Of a stretch of 32,760 bases of DNA, positions 27,400-32,760 are shown piece after piece. The stretch comes from Chloroflexota bacterium. GTDB taxonomy: Bacteria > Chloroflexota > Dehalococcoidia > Lucifugimonadales > Lucifugimonadaceae. Under the pieces are notes generated by a model. The model worked only from the letters and a program-made list of their open reading frames with translations, did no database searches and was not told the origin of the DNA. The first letter of the stretch is position 1; each line of letters opens with the position of its first letter. The position numbers and the translations under genes are program-made. Location: positions 1 through 32,760 of the forward strand of contig PBRL01000068.1 of the NCBI GenBank assembly GCA_002725925.1. Reading direction: 5' to 3'.

Positions 27400-28179
27400 C
27401 TATTGCTTCTCATCAGGTATGAGCTTTGAAAAAACTTTTAACCAAGTATCAGGCTCGAGTGTTTTATCATCAAAAGCTTCGAAGGTTTTATTCTTTGCAT
27501 CCTGATTGGTAAGAGCCTCGATACAGATTGCAGCAAAATTACCACGACCTGTCATACCTCCATTTAATGCTCTATCGCCTTGTTGCAATCGTATGCTAAC
27601 GATTCCAGCTTCGGTATTGGTTAAGCCACCCGCACGGACAATGGTATGAGAAATACTGCTTGCACGCAGATAATCTTCACCTTTTAGTTTCCAGGTCAAA
27701 ACATTACCAAATCTATTGAGAGGGTTATCCTTCTGGGTGACGCCTGAAGACGACATTAGAACAATTTGATCAACCGTGCCTGCTGCCTCGGCTACATCAA
27801 CCAGATTCTTAATTCCGCCATAATCAATATGCTCAGGACTATTTGGACCCTCAAACTTTGTCGATCCTAGACCAGAAATAATTTTCGTTACACCCGCCAT
27901 AATTGGCTCTAAGGTCTTTAGGTCTTTTACATCGGCTTCTACCCAGTTGTAATCATCACTGACCTTTTCAATTGCGCGTTCTCTATTGCTGGTCATCGCA
28001 ATAAAATTTCTACCTTCCGCTTTCAAATATTTAAGAACATAAACCCCTGTTCTTCCAGAAGCACCAGCAACGAGAATAAGTTCATTGTCATTTATATCAT
28101 CACTGTTGATAGCCAATGAAGGCGTTCCACTCATCATAAGCGTCATAAACAAACCAAATACAATGCTTACAATTCTCAT
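27400..28179 (-). CDS. Atypical SDR / NAD(P)H-binding Rossmann protein with a signal peptide
   Basis: Signal peptide ending SLA; ILVAGASGRTG, DYGGIKNLVD and WKLKGEDYLRASSISHTIVRAGGL motifs. Confidence 0.87.
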   Translation of the reverse strand: MRIVSIVFGLFMTLMMSGTPSLAINSDDINDNELILVAGASGRTGVYVLKYLKAEGRNFIAMTSNRERAIEKVSDDYNWVEADVKDLKTLEPIMAGVTKIISGLGSTKFEGPNSPEHIDYGGIKNLVDVAEAAGTVDQIVLMSSSGVTQKDNPLNRFGNVLTWKLKGEDYLRASSISHTIVRAGGLTNTEAGIVSIRLQQGDRALNGGMTGRGNFAAICIEALTNQDAKNKTFEAFDDKTLEPDTWLKVFSKLIPDEKQ

Positions 28180-28249
28180 GGGAATTTAGCCAACGTTTAA
28201 CTAGTGTTTGCTATTAAATGACTAAGAATGGTTCAGCTTGTCTAATTTA

Positions 28250-30937
28250 CTAAAAACGGAAGCGACCACTCACACCCACTTGACGCAATGTTGGGTTTAA
28301 AGCGCTTGATGTTGTTAACTGGGAATTAAAATCTGTTCCAAATTGTTGTGCAAAGATTGGAGAATCTTCATCCAACAGATTCCGAACCCAGAAAATCAGA
28401 TCAAACTTTCCTGATTCAACGCCAACACTTAGGTTCATCACCGTACGATCAGGCACGAAGCCAACATTCATTTCATCCATAAACTGTTTAGAGCGATAAA
28501 CGGCATCAAGCCTAACAAAACCATTCATATCATTGAATGCTGATTCAGGTAGCGACTGCCTATACTCAACAGCTAAATGAGCAGTATTTTTGCTAGAACG
28601 TTTCGGCATTTTTTTACTCATATCAGGGTAGCTTTTACCGTTAACAGGTGATGTTATGCAATTTATTGGCAATGTTGGATAAACACTGGAGCCTCCATCT
28701 AACATCTTGCTACAGAAAGCATTGCCGCCAGTCCAAAGAGTGCCATCAGCAAACTCAGCATTTGCATAACCATAACCACCAGTGATTAATATTTGATCAA
28801 TTGGACTATAAACAAAATCAACCTCAAAGCCAGTAACATCCAATCCTTCTGAGTTAGCTGTTGTTGTTAAGTAATTAGATACTATCTGTCTAAACTGTGC
28901 GTCCGTCCAGTCAATAACAAAAGCAGCACCATTAATCTGTAACCTGCCGTTAAGCCATGAAGTTTTAGCCCCCACTTCATAAGTCCAATTCTCTTCGGGC
29001 TCAAAAAATGGATCTGCTGTAATAGGAAGATTGGGATTGATTCCACCAGATCGAGTGCCGTGAGAGGCAGAAGCATAAAACATACGGTCTTCCGATGCCC
29101 GATAGCTTAAAGTGAATCTGGGATCCCAATAATCATGCTTAACTTCATTATAAGCAGGAACACCTGCTGCTACATAGGATGCTAGCGAGAAGAAAAAATC
29201 ATCCTTCGTATCTAAGTTGTCACGATCATCCTCAGTCCAACGCAATTCTGTTGTTATGGTAATTTGATCTGTAATATCATATTGCACCGAACCAAACAGT
29301 GCACGCTGTGTCACTTCATTTTCAGAAGAAGTTAGATAATTATTTGGATTGCTTCCCTCCCACCAAATTACTCCAGCACTCCCTGGGTCTAAAGATGGTT
29401 GAGCAAGCACTGGGTGGCTAACACCCATAACCCCATTGAAGAAGGCGATGGGAAAGCCAAACATAGGATGGAATGCTGTTGGAAAATATAGGTGTTCAGC
29501 AGTAAGAAAAATAAGTTCATTAGCAGCCAAACCTGATGCTTCAAGCGCAGCACTCACATCAATATTAAAGCCTGATGACGTAGTGCTATCAGATTTAAAA
29601 TAATACACACCCGCAGACCATCGGAGTCTTTGATCTGAGTTGGATTCTATTCTAATTTCTTGAGATTTATATACCTGTTCAAGATTCTGTGATCCAAGAT
29701 AAGTGTCGGCTAAAAATAATCCTCCAATTGGTATAGTGGGTGCCGGGAACCCTGGATCCGATGACAATAACGGTGGAGTGCCAATAGGACCCAAATTAGC
29801 CATACGGCCATAAAGAGGACCACCATAAAAATATGATTGAGCTGCAGCAACAGTAGTCCAACCATAATGTTCGGCACCCCTATAACCACGATCAAGGTCC
29901 ATATTTCCATGGCTATCATTGTCTGAATAAGAGGTAATTGATGTAACGGTATAATCATCATAATTAAAATCCATTTTTAATGTTACACGTGTTGAGCTAC
30001 TCTCATCTGAGTAAGCATCAGGGGACATAGCAAATGTATCTGTTTCTGCTCCATGTACCTCACCACAATGATAGTAAGGAGCTCCTTTATCATATCCGCT
30101 TGCTGGATTGTCATACTCGCCACAATTATTGGGGTCAATTGAAAGTGGCATTTGGTCAACATTTCCCTGAGTATGAAACAAACTGAAAACAATATCAGCA
30201 AAATCATTTGGAGTGTATCTGAGTGTTCCCATAACGCTTTCATGATCGTGACCACCAAGCTCACCACTCGGAGGCATTGGTTCCAACCAGTCCATGCTGG
30301 ATGTCTCGCCCATTGGCCTATTGTCATAGGTACTACCACCTTCATCAAGATCCACCGCAAGCCTTCCAGAAAGTTTACCTTGGATAATTGGCCCAGCAAT
30401 AGAAGCACCAATTTGGAGAAGATTGTCGAAATCCATAGTCGTTGAAACTGATCCTTTCAACTCATCGCCTGGTTTATTGGTTACATAATTAATCGCACCA
30501 GCAAAAGAATTACGACCATACAGAGCGCTTTGTGGACCCTTAATAACCTCAACACGCTCTAAATCAAGCATGCCCACATTTTGGGCGCTTCGACCTTAAA
30601 TAAATGCGCCATCCACAAAAATACTGACATTGTTATCAAAACCACGAGTATCAATCATACCCATACCACGTATTACGGGAACATGCAGACGACTACTCTC
30701 GCTGCTACTAAAAGTCATATTTGAGGTAAAATTTGCTAAATCATCAACATTTCTTATAGCTGCTTTATCTAACTGATCAGAAGAAAAAGCAGAAATAGAA
30801 AGCGGCACCTGCTGTAAATTCTCAGAACGATATCTCGCTGTAACGGTAATCTCTTCAATTGTAATTGCTGCCGTCAAAGCATCTATTTTAAATATACCCA
30901 CTATAATCAGGATGCTTAGAATAATTTTCTTATTCAT
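28250..30937 (-). pseudogene. TonB-dependent receptor (TBDR2), 895 codons with one in-frame TAA at 30596-30598
   Basis: The two listed ORFs share a frame: VDGAFI*GRSAQNVGMLDLERVEVIKGPQ. Signal peptide, IEEITVTAR and a terminal Phe are present. Confidence 0.9.
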
Positions 30938-30964
30938 TTTTGAATTACCCCCATTGTTGCTATT

Positions 30965-30976
30965 TGTAATATTACA
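30965..30976. promoter_or_regulatory. Perfect palindrome TGTAATATTACA
   Basis: 12-bp palindrome, identical again at 32487-32498. Confidence 0.45.
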
Positions 30977-30986
30977 GTAGGATATA

Positions 30987-31002
30987 TTGCATACGTGTGC
31001 AA
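30987..31002. promoter_or_regulatory. LacI-type operator TTGCATACGTGTGCAA
   Basis: Near-perfect palindrome extending to ATATTGCA...TGCAATAT, between TBDR2 and cytochrome c5. Confidence 0.82.
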
Positions 31003-31142
31003 TATTTTTTATTAAAAATATTATTTAAACGCTCTAGATAAATATGCTTACATCTCCTTTATTACAAAGCAAACACGATTTATACTGGTAAGCAGTATTC
31101 GAGGCATCGTTGTCTTGATAGTTTAAAAAAGAAGGAGCTGTC

Positions 31143-31646
31143 GTGAGTGACACGGGGTTAGGTTTCTCTAATAAAAAATTTATAGCCTTAATCGTTGTTT
31201 TTGCTTGCTGTATATTACTGTTTGAGTTTGTAGGAGATTTAGGCGGTGGTTTGATCAAAAATCAGGCTGTAGATACTACCAGTAAACACAACAACAGCAG
31301 GCTGGAAGATAGAATATCTCCTGTATTCACATTGAAAAAAAACCAACAACAAACATCTGAAATCGTTACTACTAAAATCGTTCCTGCCCCATTAGCCACT
31401 GTAATGAATGGCGAAGAAGCATATAACTCCGCCTGTTTTATCTGTCACACAACTGGAGCAGGGGGCGCTCCTTTCATAGGCGTTCCGATTGCTTGGGAGG
31501 CTCGTATGGAGCAAGGCACTGAGACTCTCATGAAACACGCCATTGAAGGCTATAGGAGTGATAGTGGAATTATGCCCGCAAAAGGTGGGCGTCTTGATCT
31601 TTCTGATCAAGAAGTTAAAAATGCCGTTGTTTACCTGCTTCAGTAA
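31143..31646 (+). CDS. Membrane-anchored cytochrome c5
   Basis: N-terminal TM helix, RISPV, CFICH, GAP...W..R and MPAKGG motifs; AAGGAG RBS. Confidence 0.9.
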   Translation: MSDTGLGFSNKKFIALIVVFACCILLFEFVGDLGGGLIKNQAVDTTSKHNNSRLEDRISPVFTLKKNQQQTSEIVTTKIVPAPLATVMNGEEAYNSACFICHTTGAGGAPFIGVPIAWEARMEQGTETLMKHAIEGYRSDSGIMPAKGGRLDLSDQEVKNAVVYLLQ

Positions 31647-31678
31647 TTCTAAAGATCAATGACCACAGCTATGATCTA

Positions 31679-32350
31679 CTATTCTGGAGATTTGAGAACT
31701 GAAAGTTTTCCATTTTTATAGTTTCCTCTTGTCTTTAATTGACCGTTTTCGTGGTAAGTTTCAAAGAGACCGTCTAGTATTCCGTTCTTAATATTTCCCC
31801 TTCTCTCCAATTGACCGCTTTCGTAGTAACTCTCCCAAAGACCGTCCCATATGTTGTTTTTGAAATTTCCTCTTAACTCTAGTTGACCGTTTTCACGGAA
31901 AGACTTATAAGTACCATGAAAGTCTCCATTTTTTGTGTATGTTATAGCCCTTAGTTGGCCGTTTTCATAGTAAGTTTCAGAAAGACCATGTTGTTCTCCG
32001 TTTTTGTAGTTTATTCTCCAACTTAATTGACCACCCTCATAGAAGAACTCACAAAGACCTTCCCTCAAACCGTTTTTGAAGTCTCCTTTTGTTATTAATT
32101 GACCATTTTCATCGTAACTCACCCAGAGCCCTTCTCGTTTACCATCTTTGAAGCTTCCACGCTCTTCTAACTGACCATTTTCATAGAAACCCTCATGAAG
32201 GCCTTCCCACAAACCGTTTTTGAAGTTTGTTACAGTCTTCAATTGACCGTTTTCATGGAAAGACTCATAAGGACCGTCAGGAGGAAGGCCTTGGGAATGA
32301 GAATAAAAACTCAGAAGAACCAGAAAGAGAATAGTGAGAAGTTTTTTCAT
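31679..32350 (-). CDS. Exported MORN-variant repeat protein (YwqK-like), 8 units of 24 aa
   Basis: Signal peptide MKKLLTILFLVLLSFYSHS (ATG 32350; alternative GTG 32377); repeated ENGQL...G.FKNG..EG. Confidence 0.88.
   Translation of the reverse strand: MKKLLTILFLVLLSFYSHSQGLPPDGPYESFHENGQLKTVTNFKNGLWEGLHEGFYENGQLEERGSFKDGKREGLWVSYDENGQLITKGDFKNGLREGLCEFFYEGGQLSWRINYKNGEQHGLSETYYENGQLRAITYTKNGDFHGTYKSFRENGQLELRGNFKNNIWDGLWESYYESGQLERRGNIKNGILDGLFETYHENGQLKTRGNYKNGKLSVLKSPE
31741..32254 (-). repeat. Degenerate 72-bp coding tandem repeat
   Basis: GACC/GGCC core at 31741, 31813, 31885, 31957, 32029, 32101, 32173 and 32245. Confidence 0.9.
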
Positions 32351-32410
32351 TATTCGATTAGTTCTCCGTTTTTTCACTCTTTAGTTTCAGTTAGTCTACC
32401 TTCTTCTTCA

Positions 32411-32550
32411 AAATAACCCCATTATTACAATTAAGATACTTATAATAATTTTATTATTTATTTCTTAATTGCCCCATCGTGGTTATTGTAATATTACAGT
32501 AGGATATAGCACATACGCGTACAATTTTTTTTATAAAAAATTTTATTTAA
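32411..32550 (-). repeat. Diverged direct copy of 30890-31028 (TBDR2 promoter plus first ~16 codons)
   Basis: Shares the identical 22-mer TGTAATATTACAGTAGGATATA. Translates as INNKIIISILIVIMGLF* versus MNKKIILSILIIVGIF. Confidence 0.85.
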
Positions 32551-32670
32551 GTCCTTAAGCAAACCAAGAGCGAACACCAAAAACGACTACCGCCAGCACA
32601 AACTTCGAAACTTCCTTTTTAGAATTCCAGTTCAAACCGATATAGCTACTCTGGAATGGGCACACCTTGT

Positions 32671-32695
32671 GGGTTTTTATAAGAACCCCTTTTTT
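32671..32695 (+). terminator. Rho-independent terminator candidate
   Basis: GGGTTTT-TATA-AGAACCC followed by CTTTTTT. Confidence 0.5.
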
Positions 32696-32760
32696 GTTAT
32701 AGCTAAAAAAGAATAGACAAGACAATGGTTTTAAAATACCTCACAATACCGATACATTAA

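Noticed and set aside
22897-30598. TAA recoding (alternative genetic code) suggested by two in-frame TAA codons
   Set aside because: TAA ends many genes at their expected C-termini here, for example TBDR1 after its terminal Phe and the ACAD, so these are lesions or errors.
31741-32254. CRISPR-like periodicity (72 bp)
   Set aside because: The repeats are degenerate, in frame and protein-coding, with no constant repeat/unique spacer structure and no cas genes.
182-32416. Short overlapping or antisense ORFs in the track (for example 182-475, 3791-4240, 13905-14198, 20774-21100, 23403-23765, 29983-30411, 31034-31258)
   Set aside because: They overlap well-supported genes and show no recognisable motifs, so they are treated as shadow ORFs.
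1-32760. Mobile element boundaries for the island
   Set aside because: No integrase, transposase, tRNA or flanking att-like direct repeats were recognised within the window.

Overview
A roughly 40% GC Gram-negative bacterial window. It is almost entirely one accessory uptake and catabolism island, bracketed by two inward-facing TonB-dependent receptors (TBDRs) and, outside them, two 24-aa MORN-variant repeat genes. The left half is a + strand run: TBDR1, an uncharacterised protein, hydantoinase/oxoprolinase B and A, a ThDP enzyme, an acyl-CoA dehydrogenase-like protein, an MFS transporter and an aldehyde dehydrogenase (frameshifted). It continues with two paralogous exported proteins (beta-sandwich + single c-type haem + Vgb-like beta-propeller), an IclR regulator, a class IV aminotransferase and an isochorismatase-family protein. 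The right half has a GPH transporter, a small coiled-coil protein paired with a methyltransferase, two exported-looking atypical Rossmann proteins, an exported-looking methyltransferase, a LacI regulator, TBDR2 (one internal stop) and a cytochrome c5. Two recurrent operator motifs are readable by eye: a 16-bp LacI-type box and a 17-bp IclR-type box. Both occur in the TBDR1 promoter, which ties the two halves together. Several enzymes lack canonical catalytic residues. A decayed duplicate of the TBDR2 promoter and signal-peptide start lies upstream of the right-hand MORN gene. No rRNA, tRNA, CRISPR array, transposase or integrase was recognised. The substrate cannot be determined from sequence alone, and all family calls come from motif recognition, not database searches.
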